A stretch of DNA of 46,774 bases from contig NC_069004.1 in assembly GCF_001194135.2 (NCBI RefSeq), forward strand, positions 846,023 through 892,796, read 5' to 3'. A model generated the notes under the pieces. That model was given only the letters and a program-made list of their open reading frames with translations, searched no databases and was not told the DNA's origin. This stretch comes from Octopus bimaculoides. Lineage: Eukaryota. Shown here piece after piece: positions 31,921 to 45,504 of the stretch; positions within the stretch are counted from its first letter, which is position 1, and each line of letters starts with the position of its first letter. Both the position numbers and the translations under genes were made by a program.

Positions 31921-33424
31921 CAATATATATATATATATAATGTGTGTGTGTATATATATATATATATGTATATGTATTGTCAATATATATATAGCTGATG
32001 AAGGAATATTCCAAGTGGCTTTCCGTTTTCCTATGTGTTCGTTCCGTTGTCTGTAGTTCATTGTTCTAACGTCCTGTACCCTGATATGCATATATATACA
32101 CATGTAGATGTAAGTATGTACATATATGTGTGTATACATGCATATATATTCTTTGTAATATATATATATATATGTATTGTCAAAATATTTTCGTCGCTTT
32201 GTCAGTGAACAAAACTTAAATGCTGAAGTGAATCTAACGGTCTTTGTGTGTTATTTTAAATGGCTTATAAACATCTTCCACGCTGCAATTGTTTTCGTTC
32301 CAGCACACGATCTCAGATCAGGTCATTTGCTATGCAAGTACATCTCCGTAATATATGTATATGTACGCATGTACAGAAGGCTGGATGCCAAATTTTAACG
32401 TCCAGGGACAGATTTACTATCTTTCTGACTCTTTTTTACCCCCCTGTATAACAACCAAACTTCAACACCCGGGCAGCGTCGAGTGTCTCGGATCGTGCGG
32501 GGAGGGGTGAGTGTGCGTATGCATGTATTTGTGTGTGTGTGTGTGTGTGCATACGCACGCACATATATATACACATACATACATGTTTATATGCACTCAC
32601 ACACGCATATATATGTGTGTGTGTGTGTATGTATATATATATAATGTATATGTATATACGTACAGAGAGGGAGAGAGAGATGGAGATACACACGCACACA
32701 CATACACACAGATATATGATTATACATACGTACGTATTTGTGTACATGTCTGTGAGTGTGTATATAAATATAATGTACGAAGAAGACGAAAGAAGACACG
32801 AAGTGTATATAAAGTAAAGACCACCAGGGAATGGACCACACACACACTGGTACCAGCCTTCTTCTTCTTCTATTATTATTATTATTATTCTTTCCCTGAC
32901 GACATCTTCGCATACATCGAAGAAGGAATCCCGAAGAGAAGACATACTATGGAATGCTGGGATACACATACCCCCACCCCCACCCTACAAGTTTCATTTA
33001 AACAAAGACATCAACAACAACAAGGTGGGGTTTTTTTTGTCTCTCCCATGTCAGAAGTTCCTTATTGACGAAACGGGGCTCTGTAGTAACCCTTAAAAAT
33101 CATTGTCCTTTTGCTTCCCTTTAAAAAGCCAATAATGCATCCGAAACAGAAAATCTCGACGGAGTCCATCTTTTTATCATTCACTTGTTTCAGTCATTGG
33201 ACTGCGGCCATGCTGGGGCACCATCTTGGCTGTGGTTATGGTAGTGGTGACGGCGGTGGTACAAGATTTATGAATCATTTTGCTGTCCATAAAAGGCAAT
33301 GAAAGCCGGCTTTTTATAGACAACCCCAACACTTGCTTGCCACTTTTGCCGAACCTCTAAGTTACAGGGACGTCAACAATCCAGCACCGGTTGTAAAGAT
33401 GTGGAGGGACAAACACGAACATAT

Positions 33425-33462
<38 letters not shown>

Positions 33463-33902
33463 ACGTTGTGTTATAAGGAACATGACTGATGAGTGACCAC
33501 TGCACGAAATCATCTTCAGTTTTATTAAAATAATCTGATCTTTTTATTCTTTTTTTTCTTGCCAAACATGGTGGGAGGGGGGGTTGCGTCTTTAAAATGT
33601 TGTTTTAGTGAAAGGGGTCGCCAAATACAAAAGATTGAAAACCATTGATCTGGAAGAAGGATTTGAAATGTTCCGTTTATGAGTGGCCCATCATTTATTT
33701 ACTTAGACACGATGGTACAAACGACTTCATTATCAATAGAGTCATGTCTTAATTAACTCACTTAATTAACTGCGGTCTGATGGAGATTCCGCTGCTACAG
33801 AGCGGAAGTGGGAAACCTTATTTGGACACGTGACGAATGACAAGAGCGTAGGCACTCTTAGAGATGAATTTGTGCCGAGCAAAAATTATCTTCATTTTCT
33901 TT

Positions 33903-34067
33903 ATAGACGCGGGCGTGGCAGCGTGGTACGAAGCTTGCTTCCCAACCACATGGTTCCAGGTTCACTCCTACTGCGTGGCACCTTGGGCAAGTGTCTTCAA
34001 ATATAGCCTCGGGCCGACCAAAGTCTTGCGAGTGGATTTGCTAGACGGAAACTAAAAGAATCCCATC

Positions 34068-34108
<41 letters not shown>

Positions 34109-34260
34109 TGTGTTTGTCCCCCCCCCACCATCGCTTGAAACCGATGTTGGTTTGTTTACATCCCCGTAGCTTAGCGGATCGACAAAGGATTCCGATAGAA
34201 TAAGTACTAGGCTTCAAAGGATAAGTCTTGGAGTTGCAGGTTCGATCCCACTGCACGGCA
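33903..34260 (+). mobile_element. tRNA-derived SINE, family B
   Basis: Colinear with 27300-27625, including the internal (TA)n tract. Confidence 0.85.
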
Positions 34261-34598
34261 TCTTGAGCAAGTTTTTTTTTTTGCCTCAGATCGACACATA
34301 GGTTGCGTAAATTTAGATAGATGGAAACTGTGCAGAAACCTGTTTGGTAAATTTTACCCCCGTGATTCAAAGATCCGGTTTTGTCACACATTGGTGTTAG
34401 ACTGATACTAATTGAGAATTACGTTAAGAGTAATCATGTGTGTGTAGTATACTCAACCACTTACACGTTAATCAAAAGAGCAGGGAGCTCAGTTAACCGA
34501 ATTATTCAATACTTACCGTCGAAACTGACGGAGACCCATTTACTAGATCACCACGACCACCACCGCCACTACCACCGTCACCACTTACCACGACCACC

Positions 34599-34633
<35 letters not shown>

Positions 34634-34754
34634 AAAGGCACCAATAAAATTTCTCAACAAAAACCCGTTTAGCTTTCACTCGTTTTTATGGACAATAAAA
34701 CAGTTCATAAATCTTGTACCATCACCGCCCCCACCAATACCATCACTACACAAC

Positions 34755-35641
34755 NNNNNNNNNNNNNNNNNNNNNNNNNNNNNNNNNNNNNNNNNNNNNN
34801 NNNNNNNNNNNNNNNNNNNNNNNNNNNNNNNNNNNNNNNNNNNNNNNNNNNNNNNNNNNNNNNNNNNNNNNNNNNNNNNNNNNNNNNNNNNNNNNNNNNN
34901 NNNNNNNNNNNNNNNNNNNNNNNNNNNNNNNNNNNNNNNNNNNNNNNNNNNNNNNNNNNNNNNNNNNNNNNNNNNNNNNNNNNNNNNNNNNNNNNNNNNN
35001 NNNNNNNNNNNNNNNNNNNNNNNNNNNNNNNNNNNNNNNNNNNNNNNNNNNNNNNNNNNNNNNNNNNNNNNNNNNNNNNNNNNNNNNNNNNNNNNNNNNN
35101 NNNNNNNNNNNNNNNNNNNNNNNNNNNNNNNNNNNNNNNNNNNNNNNNNNNNNNNNNNNNNNNNNNNNNNNNNNNNNNNNNNNNNNNNNNNNNNNNNNNN
35201 NNNNNNNNNNNNNNNNNNNNNNNNNNNNNNNNNNNNNNNNNNNNNNNNNNNNNNNNNNNNNNNNNNNNNNNNNNNNNNNNNNNNNNNNNNNNNNNNNNNN
35301 NNNNNNNNNNNNNNNNNNNNNNNNNNNNNNNNNNNNNNNNNNNNNNNNNNNNNNNNNNNNNNNNNNNNNNNNNNNNNNNNNNNNNNNNNNNNNNNNNNNN
35401 NNNNNNNNNNNNNNNNNNNNNNNNNNNNNNNNNNNNNNNNNNNNNNNNNNNNNNNNNNNNNNNNNNNNNNNNNNNNNNNNNNNNNNNNNNNNNNNNNNNN
35501 NNNNNNNNNNNNNNNNNNNNNNNNNNNNNNNNNNNNNNNNNNNNNNNNNNNNNNNNNNNNNNNNNNNNNNNNNNNNNNNNNNNNNNNNNNNNNNNNNNNN
35601 NNNNNNNNNNNNNNNNNNNNNNNNNNNNNNNNNNNNNNNNN
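34755..35641. other. Assembly gap (largest of eight; others 1075-1288, 4971-4980, 8391-8400, 17206-17239, 18130-18139, 23416-23606, 43120-43570)
   Basis: Runs of N. All X-filled ORFs in the track are gap artefacts. Confidence 0.99.
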
Positions 35642-36159
35642 TATATATATATATATATATATGTATGTATACGCACACGTATATCAGCGAAAGGATGTAT
35701 ACACTTTCGAAGATACCAATAAACTGGTGCTTTCAAACAGAAATCTTGATTGCAATTTACACAGACGGTGCATTGTCACTCTTGACATCGTAAAACGCAA
35801 TCAGTCAGTGATTAAACCCGATGGAAATCTGTAAACAATAAACGCTATTGTTTACGTAATACGTATTTCCACAAACAAGCAAGAAATTAAATAGATTTTC
35901 AACGATAATCAGAGAAATAAAAAATTTAAAAAATAAAACAGAGAGTTAAAAGCTTTTATACAAAGATTTGAATTTTAAAAAAACAACAGTTTTAGATGAA
36001 AAACAACAAAAACAATAATAAAACAATTACATATAGAGATATAATAAGATATAAAAATTGTTCGTTTGGCCTTTGATATATTTGGTTAGAGTGATGTTTA
36101 TAGCTTGGCCATTACAAAAAGAGGCTATATATGTAGACATGCATGTACGTATGTATGTG

Positions 36160-36195
<36 letters not shown>

Positions 36196-36732
36196 CATCC
36201 ACAGCGACAGCAGCCTACAGCCGCATCGCTTGCACACACATATGTGTGTGTGTGTATTAGATACGCATATATGTATATATATGTGTATGTATGTGTGCTT
36301 ATATAAGCACACACATATGCATATACATTCATATATACATATACACACAGACATATATATTTATATATGTATATATATATTTATATACACACACACATAC
36401 ATACGCACGCGTACACATATTACGTACGTAAACAAGGTGAGTGACAACTATCTCCGTCTCTATCAAAGTATTATATATGACCCGTATTATATTTTTAACC
36501 CCATTGTGTCTATTTTAACTTTCTGTTTGTTCGTTTTTCATATTTCGACGTCAAAAAAAAAAAAAAAAAAGAATTGGTTGCATGTTTACCGTATATTTTT
36601 TCTTTTTTGTTTTGTTTATCGATTTTACTACATTTGTCTTGCAGACACAGACAAACACCAACCTCTTTGCAGTCTGTTGGATCATATATATATATATATA
36701 TATATACATATATATATAGTAATAATAACAAT

Positions 36733-37054
36733 AATCCTTGGATGAATTTTTTAAATATTCTAATGCAATGCTATGCGTGTTTCTATAAATCATATGTCTC
36801 TTATGATCATAGTCCGTATTCCTGAGATGATTACTGTGTAGTCCATAGTATCCGTGAGTATCTGGTAGATCATTTTCGTGGATTCATTTCTTCAGGCGAT
36901 ACAGCATTAAATGAATCCATGAAGATGACCTACCAAGATACCCACGGATACTATGGACTACACAGTAATCATCCCCAGAATACAGGCTGTGATATGATTT
37001 GTGGAAACGTGTGTAGCAATGCATTCGGATGTTTATAAATTCCATCCAAGGATT
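36733..37054. repeat. 322-bp imperfect palindrome (foldback)
   Basis: Arms about 36733-36889 and 36909-37054 are reverse complements; 36826-36856 pairs perfectly (31 bp) with 36943-36973. Confidence 0.92.
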
Positions 37055-37179
37055 GTCGTTACGACTCGATGCAACTCGCAAAACACTGGTTCCACCAGTC
37101 ACCATCTTTGGACTGTGGCCGGCATATGGGAATAGGAGCTTCATTTGCATATTCAAAACGTTAACTTTAGAAAAATTTA

Positions 37180-37223
<44 letters not shown>

Positions 37224-37350
37224 TAGATAGATAGATAGATAGATAGATACACACATATACATACACACACACAGATATATACTTATACATATATATACAC
37301 ACACACATATATATATATATACATAGATATACGTATATATATGTATCTAC

Positions 37351-37385
<35 letters not shown>

Positions 37386-38101
37386 TGCATATATACATCT
37401 ATATATATACACATATACACACACATATATACACATGTGCATATATATATATATATATATATATGTACACTGATAGGTTATAATACATCTTAAGTATACG
37501 GTAACGGTTGAGGTTGCTGTTTTAAAAGTCATAAGTTTTGTTATATATATATTACATACGGATAAATAAGAAAAGAGAAAATAAATATTTTGAAATAATA
37601 ATAATATTAATAGTAATAATTATAAGACATGTGTGAGAGGTTGTAGTAACAGGAGGGAATATGTGTGGCAGGAGGGACATTGTGTTTCTATGTCAGTGTA
37701 CAGAGCATGTCTTTTGGCCTTCCATTATAATTCTGTCCACCTCTAAGATGCGCCACATGAATATAAATTGTATCCAGTCCAGGATTGGTGTTTCATATAA
37801 TTGCATTCATCAGTTTACATATGTGCACGCATGCATGTTTGCATGATTCATGACTAATATATGCTCAAGAGTATGTATATGTGTGTGTGTCGTCAGGAAG
37901 TCTTTTTTTTTTTAATATGGAAGTTTTATAATTATTGTGGTAATTAATCAAGTGTGTGTGTGTGTGTATGTCTGTGTGTGAGTGAGCTTGTGTGTGTGTA
38001 TATAGATACATATATCATCAGCATCGTTTAACGTCCGTTTTCCATGCTGGCATGGGTTGGACGGTTTAACTGAGGTCTATAAAGCCACCGGCTGCACCAG
38101 G

Positions 38102-38163
<62 letters not shown>

Positions 38164-39290
38164 TGTAGAACATATATATATATATATATATATATATGCA
38201 TGTAGAGCATTTAATTTTATATACACTGGTTTGCACACAAATATATAAGGGCTGTGAAGGGATATTTGTCTTTGTAAGTAAATTTTTTGATCCCCAATGT
38301 GTGTGTGTGCATATGTTATAGACATGTGCATAGTACACTTGATGTGCAAATGTATGTTGAGTATAGGAGTGCATCACACCCACCTACACACACATGCATA
38401 ATGTTTGCAGCTAAAAAGGCTGCTCAAAAGTTTAGGACACATTTGTGTGTGCATGTATGTAAGCATGGATGAGTGTGTATGTGTGGATATATATATATAT
38501 TTGCTGATCCCTTAATTATATTTATAAATATATATATATATGTATGCATGTGTATTGTGCATTGCAAGTAGTACCTGGATCAAGTAGATCTATGATGAAA
38601 AGCAGTTAAGCATCGGCCATTTAATCTTCTTTGTAAGTCCAGGACAATATTATTGAATAAATTCATTTTATATTTTTCGGAAACAGTGAAGGTGTAATCC
38701 AAGAGGGATTTGACTGCTATTTCCAGAGGGTTGAGACATTAATTACAAACTCCCTTCACTAAATCTCAATATGCATGTGATTGTATGCACATATGCAAAA
38801 CATATGTTTGTAAATATTTTTCAGTAATTAATATACTATGCACATTAGTTTGTGTGTGCATGTAAGTTATTGTATGTATATACATATGTATGTGTGTGAC
38901 TGTAAATGTATCTGTTTGTACACAACTCAGTCAGCCTGGCTGCTTGACCGGTCAATTGTTTGTTATTAATCCTTTGCTGTTTGATTGTTCTCGCCAATAT
39001 TCTCTTTGCTGATTGTCTAATACAAGAGATTATCAAACGTTGCCAGTGAAAACAAAATGTCCCTGTTCCAATGTGTGTGTATCAAAGCCAAGAGGCAATA
39101 TTCGAAGTCCCAGTCAACCTGATCCTTCAGAACAGATTTGACTCTGCTCTCCGTACAGAATCATGTCAGTCAATTTTCCATTGTTATTTTAAAACTCACC
39201 TTAATATAATATCCTTATTTTAATACACACACACACACACATATATGCATATATATATACACACACACTATATAAATATTTATATATGTG

Positions 39291-39353
<63 letters not shown>

Positions 39354-39491
39354 CACAATGTAAATATATGTGTGTGTGTGTGGATATATATATATATATA
39401 CATGTATGTATGTATATATGTATATATATGTGTGTGTGTGTATGTGTATGGGCAATAATGTGTTAAATGTAGATAGTATTTAGTCTTCTAT

Positions 39492-39763
39492 TCACTGAGC
39501 CAAACGCCGAATGAGTTTGTCGTGGCTCATCGTATGAAGCCGATTGATGTCGATGCCCAGTGTGTTGGCAAAGGCTGCCGGTTCAATTCCTAGCTGCACT
39601 AATAAGTCGACCACATCAACTTCAACACCCGTCAGTGGGTTCACCAGTTTCGGACAGGCCGAGTTACACTGTGGCCACTGGCAGCTGTCCACCAGACGAC
39701 GGCGGCATATTTCGTTTGGAATATTGTCCAACCAGGGCTTCAAGGAACGTCTTTCTCTCATTC
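39492..39763 (-). CDS. NOTUM: Notum terminal exon (GMRERRSLKPW..CRRRLVDSCQWPQCNSACPKL..KLIRRLAQ*)
   Basis: tttcctag acceptor, stop TGA at 39494-39492; conserved C..LVDSC.WP.CN..CP motif. Confidence 0.95.
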
Positions 39764-41888
39764 CTAGGAAATATAAGACAAAGAACAAATGTGATATTAA
39801 TAAACCAAGGCAGTAACAGGAACTGCTGAATTACAGGGATGTAAACAAACCAACACTGGCGGGGGAAGAAAGGCAAACACCACAAAGACACACAAACAGA
39901 CATATATATATATATATATCATCATCATCGTTTAACGTCCGCTTTCCATGCTAGCATGGGTTGGACGATTTGACTGAGGACTGGTGAAACCGGATGGCAA
40001 CACCAGGCTCCAATCTAATTTGGCAGAGTTTCTACAGCTGGATGCCCTTCCTAACGCCAACCACTCAGAGAGTGTAGTGGGTGCTTTTACGTGTCACCCG
40101 CACGAAAACGGCCACGCTCGAAATGGTGTCTTTTATGTGCCACCCGCACAAGCCAGTCCAGGGGCACTGGCAACGATCTCGCTCGAAAATCCTACGGGAG
40201 CCAGTCAGGCGGTACTGGCAAATACACATATAAATATATGCATATACAACAGGCTTCCACCCAGTTTCTGTCAGCCAAATCCTGTCACAAGACATTGGTC
40301 AACCTCGGGCCTTAGTAGAAGACACTTGCCCAAGGTGCTGTGTGGTGGGACCGAACATGAAACCACATGGTTGCAAAGCAAGATTCTTAACCAATCAAAT
40401 TTCAAACATACTCTTTGATTACTCACTTCCTCACTCAATCATTAGCCCATTTTAGTGTACTCTCAAAGTACACAAATGTACTCCTTTACCACTCATTCCA
40501 CCTTTTCTTTGCATAATTACCTTTATTTTTTCTCTTCCTTTTCCTTCTGTTTCGCCGTCTTTTCTTGTTCTTCTTTCGTTTTTTCTTATGTTTCGGAGCA
40601 TCTGCCAAAGGATTGTCTGACGTGGATTCATTGAGAGGGCTTTTGCTGCAGAAAATATTATATATTACAGATATATTTGATATTATATATATTCATATAT
40701 GTACAGATTATATATTTTATTTATATTGACACTAATACATACTGCATAATATTATATACATATTGTGTATATTATGCATTATATATTTCATATTGTATAT
40801 TTTATCTACATTATATATTTCATATATATTTTATATTAAATACTATATAAAATAAAAAGCACCCAGTTAATAAAAGAAGTGAACAGAACCAGTGCATGTA
40901 TCTACTATTGGCATAATGACCCTCCTGAGATACAACAGACTATACAGATCAATGAAACAACCATTTCTTACCTTACAGATGGCTGTGACGTTGTCGTCTG
41001 CTTGCGACGGTGTCGTCTTTTGCCACTGCCTCCGCGGCACCTGTAGCCTTTCCGTTGTGACTTACTGCTCTCCCAGCAATAAATCGACTGTGGAAGAGTG
41101 ACTTGGCCGACAGTTACTTGATTCCAGTCTCTGCAAGGAACCAATAAAAACACATCAGAAAAGCATTTTAAAAGTTACGGATCGTTTAATCGTACTTTTC
41201 CTTCGTTTCAGTCGTTGGATTCTGCTTTTAATTGAACGAATCAACCTCTGCAATTATGGTGCTGATTCTATCGATCATTTTTGTCGAATCACAAAGTCAT
41301 GGGCACGTAAACAAAAAGATACCAGTGGTCAAATGGTGAGGTGGACGGGATAAACACAGGTACAAAGATGCATGCACATAACCCCCCCCCCCCTCACACA
41401 CATCTCCTTTATCTTTTGTGCTTTTCTTGTTTCAGTCATTAGACTCCCAGCTATGCTGGGACCGTTTTCAATGTCAGCAGCGTAGCGAGAGTGTGTGCAG
41501 CCCTTGATTTCACTACCCCCTGGGCCCCTACAGCCTATACAAACTGATACAGCAAACCCAAAAGGGCTTTCCCCATAGAAGCATTGCCTGGGGTTCACCA
41601 TGTCCCTTACCCCATTAACCGCCCCACCGGATAATGGACAAATACGGTTATATACAAACGACGAATCGTGCAAAGTGGGGTCAGTATCCTCGATGAAAAT
41701 CTTGCAGGTCCTGCTCCAGCATGGCCAGTCTAATAACTAGTAAAAGGCTAAATGAGTCAAAGAATATAATATAGCACACCTAACTTCAGAAATATATTTA
41801 TGTTATGGTTTTAAAATAATTACCTTATATTTACGAACGTACACAAACGTGCTTCTTTAGTACAGAGCCTTTGCACTCACACAGAGGA

Positions 41889-41921
<33 letters not shown>

Positions 41922-44603
41922 GAGAGAGTTAGTATCTTGGCATTATTTCCATTGTTGTAGCGAAATAATACTTTTCCTGAAGCCGTTGGTATCCACAAAA
42001 CCTCTCCCCCACCATCAAGTCACCTGCGTTGTGTCTAAATTAGAAACAATTCTTTTATATGGCGAGACACACTTCAAAGGCATCAAACAAATGCACTGAC
42101 AGATAAATAGATAGAGAGATAGAGAGGGGGAGAAAGGGAGGTAGAATGAGAGAGAGTAAAGTTGTAGTGACGTCACAAACTTCGTTACGTCTTTACATTC
42201 TTCCTTCTCCTCCTCCTCCCTCCTTGTGTTTAAATCTCTTTTTTTTTCTTGCATGTTTATTTTTAACTCTCTTTTAGTCAGACTCGGACTTCTCTCTCTC
42301 TCTCTCTCCCCCCATCCCTTCAGTGATTTCCCTCTCTTTTTTTTCTCTCTCCCTCCCTCTCCGTACACATCTTTCTCTTTCTCTGTCTCTTTCTCCATTC
42401 ACCATTGTCAACCATCGTCCACCCCGCGAACGCATCTCCCATCACTGCTATAACCAATAACTATTTACTTCTTCTTTGAGTTGAGTCTGCAAGGATTACG
42501 GACTTTTGAGGTACCCCCTGCAGAGGGCCAATGAGGCTTGCAGCCCAAAACTAAAAAGAGTTAAATAGCATGACTGTAATACGTCTATAATGACCATATA
42601 CCTCGGTGGTGTTTGATCAGAGGTTAAGGACAGATGAGAATTAATTCTGTGATGCAAACATTCTATTGTTCCAGTCTCTCAAACTTGAATTCCAACTGTT
42701 GGCCAATTTGTCCTAAAGTTCTTATCTCGACGCAAAAATTAACGATGCGAATGTCATTCATCTCCCCGCTTGATCTCTGACGCCATCTGACAAACGCCAC
42801 CAAGATGGCATGAATCCGCCAAGCTTTGCCCGCTAGAAATAGCAACCCAAATGCTTTTCAATCAGATCCCAATGCTGGATGTTGAAGAACCAAATGAAGG
42901 GCAAGTTTTCAATCCTGGGATCATCCTGATTTCAAAAAGGTGTAATATGTCGATGCAGAACAAATGTAGGCTGAAATACGGGGGTCTCAGACGAACAGAC
43001 AGAATTTCGCTTATCAGAATTTCATTCCATTCCAAAAGAATGCTGACTTCCTCAGCAGAAATGTAAACAGCACTGGTTCAGAATAAAAATAAATAAAAAA
43101 AATCTATATATTCTATCATNNNNNNNNNNNNNNNNNNNNNNNNNNNNNNNNNNNNNNNNNNNNNNNNNNNNNNNNNNNNNNNNNNNNNNNNNNNNNNNNN
43201 NNNNNNNNNNNNNNNNNNNNNNNNNNNNNNNNNNNNNNNNNNNNNNNNNNNNNNNNNNNNNNNNNNNNNNNNNNNNNNNNNNNNNNNNNNNNNNNNNNNN
43301 NNNNNNNNNNNNNNNNNNNNNNNNNNNNNNNNNNNNNNNNNNNNNNNNNNNNNNNNNNNNNNNNNNNNNNNNNNNNNNNNNNNNNNNNNNNNNNNNNNNN
43401 NNNNNNNNNNNNNNNNNNNNNNNNNNNNNNNNNNNNNNNNNNNNNNNNNNNNNNNNNNNNNNNNNNNNNNNNNNNNNNNNNNNNNNNNNNNNNNNNNNNN
43501 NNNNNNNNNNNNNNNNNNNNNNNNNNNNNNNNNNNNNNNNNNNNNNNNNNNNNNNNNNNNNNNNNNNNNNATTGTTTGAGATATTTTCGAAATGAAACAC
43601 AATTTCAAACCTAAATCAGCTGATCTCTTCTCCAGACAGAAGTTCAATTAAAAGATTCATAAAAGGTTTCTGCCTCTCTCTCGTCTCACTTTCCGTTCCC
43701 CCCACTCTCTCTCTCTCTCTCTTTCTTAATCTCTATGTCTTTGCTTTTCTCTGCCCTTCTCTTCCCCCCCTCTCGTATAAAATGATACGTAGAGCAACAT
43801 CACCGACATAGTATTACACCTTAATGTTTTTACGACTATTGCATGTGTGTGTGTGTGTGTGCACCATACACAAAGTACTATTTCTACCTGTGTGTGTTTG
43901 TGCTCTTTGTACATACGTAACCATAAGTTCATCTGTACAAACACACATATCATTGTGTGTGTGTGTGTGTGTGTGTGTAGGAATAGTTCTAGCTGTAGCT
44001 ACCATTAAAATCCACACTGGCTGTGAACCAGAGACAGTAAAAGCCTCTCTTACAACCTGAATCCGTCAAGATGCCCAACCATTTAGTTAAAAGTCATAAA
44101 ACCGCTCGTGAAAGTTTATACGAACACATAAAGATTACTGAACGATAAAAGCTGCGAAGATTAACAAAAATCTGCCTGTTTAAGTAGATTCTCTCATTCC
44201 TTTAGTGACCTCCTTTTGTTCCACCCCTATCGTCTGCAAAGAGACGCCATATTAAAAGTAGTGCCTAAGCCGCAAGATGATGGAGAAAAAATGGGGGAAA
44301 TATTTAGCAAGAAGCTGGAGCTTTCAACAAAGCCAGTCGTAAAATACGTTGAAATAATTATCAAGAACTACCAGTCCTTATAAATCATTCCTTAATCGTT
44401 GTTTCTCTCCCCCAGCCTCTCTCTCTCACACACATGCATAAACGCACACATACATAGTGTGTCTATTTAGAGACACGGTCCAGCATTTATGTACGGAGCA
44501 TACACAGGGGCGCAGACCAGTAACTATTCATACAGTAGTTATATTAGTATATACAAGACTGAGCCCCGGTATATATTCATGGAGTTTGCATAGAACAGTA
44601 CCC

Positions 44604-44641
<38 letters not shown>

Positions 44642-45426
44642 ACACACACACACACACAAATATACAGTTTACTGTTCCATTATAGGTAGGATCAACCCCA
44701 AAAGTTCTCCAGTATTTAGATAAGAGCAACTAAATATCATGCCAAGGAAACACAATAACTGAGCACATTTATATAATGTGCATTGCGTCTCCAAGCAATC
44801 TTTCAGGCTCAGTGCGCATGGTTAGTCCTATTTGAAAAACCAGGACGCTGTGTGTGCTTATCACCATTACCACTTGATACACACACACGTCCAGTTTTAG
44901 TTTATTGAGTACACTTAAAGACATGGCCGGGTGTATATATAAGTGCAATATATACCAAAATGAGACAAAAAAAAACCGTCCTGGCTGCAAGAGGCCAGCA
45001 ACTATTACCAGTGGATGTATTTGTTCACTGTTTTCGATATCAGAGGTGACAAATCTCATCTAGGTTGCGAATACACTACACTGACAAGGCCTAACAAAGC
45101 CAAAATGAATCTGGTGATATCATTTGCTGCTGAAGGCTTAGTTTACATCTTTCTCTGATATACATATAGTTTTTTTTAACAGTTTATCCATGAGATATTT
45201 TATCTCAGACAAAAACTACAGTAACTTTGTCTGTCAACAGTGTATATGCCTTAAGTATAATACATGGATGTCTATTTTAATAATAATGTTACGATATTAA
45301 CAAATGAATAAGAAATATCAAATGATCTTACCTTTTCATTAACATAATGTGTGACATGCATGCAGGAGCAAACACTGCACTGAAAAATACAAAAATAGAC
45401 AAATGTCAATACTCTCAGTAGTAGTG

Positions 45427-45504
<78 letters not shown>

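Noticed and set aside
32395-33068. ORFs rich in YI, CV, HT or poly-T/V (also 36-39.5 kb and 45339-45755)
   Set aside because: Translations of (TA)n, (CA)n and (GTA)n microsatellites.
34688-35793. Long ORFs of 310-359 aa; similar ones at 963-1343, 23358-23728 and 43052-43647
   Set aside because: They consist almost entirely of N-gap codons.
39664-39763. Alternative reading frame of the Notum terminal exon (RNERKTFLEALVGQ..ATV*)
   Set aside because: It would arise only if exon 40521-40645 were skipped, and it loses the conserved Cys module; the other frame matches Notum.
42600-43070. Unique-looking sequence with short ORFs on both strands inside the Notum intron
   Set aside because: Stops in all frames, no usable splice pair and no recognisable domain; possibly an old LINE fragment. 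The Notum model needs no exon here.
45009-45135. Minus-strand frame resembling a signal peptide (ITRFILALLGLVSVVYSQPR*DLSP..IH) with in-frame TGA codons, briefly suggesting a selenoprotein spliced to the 41130 exon
   Set aside because: There is no in-frame start and no SECIS downstream. The true upstream exon is 45332-45379, which gives a clean Notum frame, so this segment is intronic.
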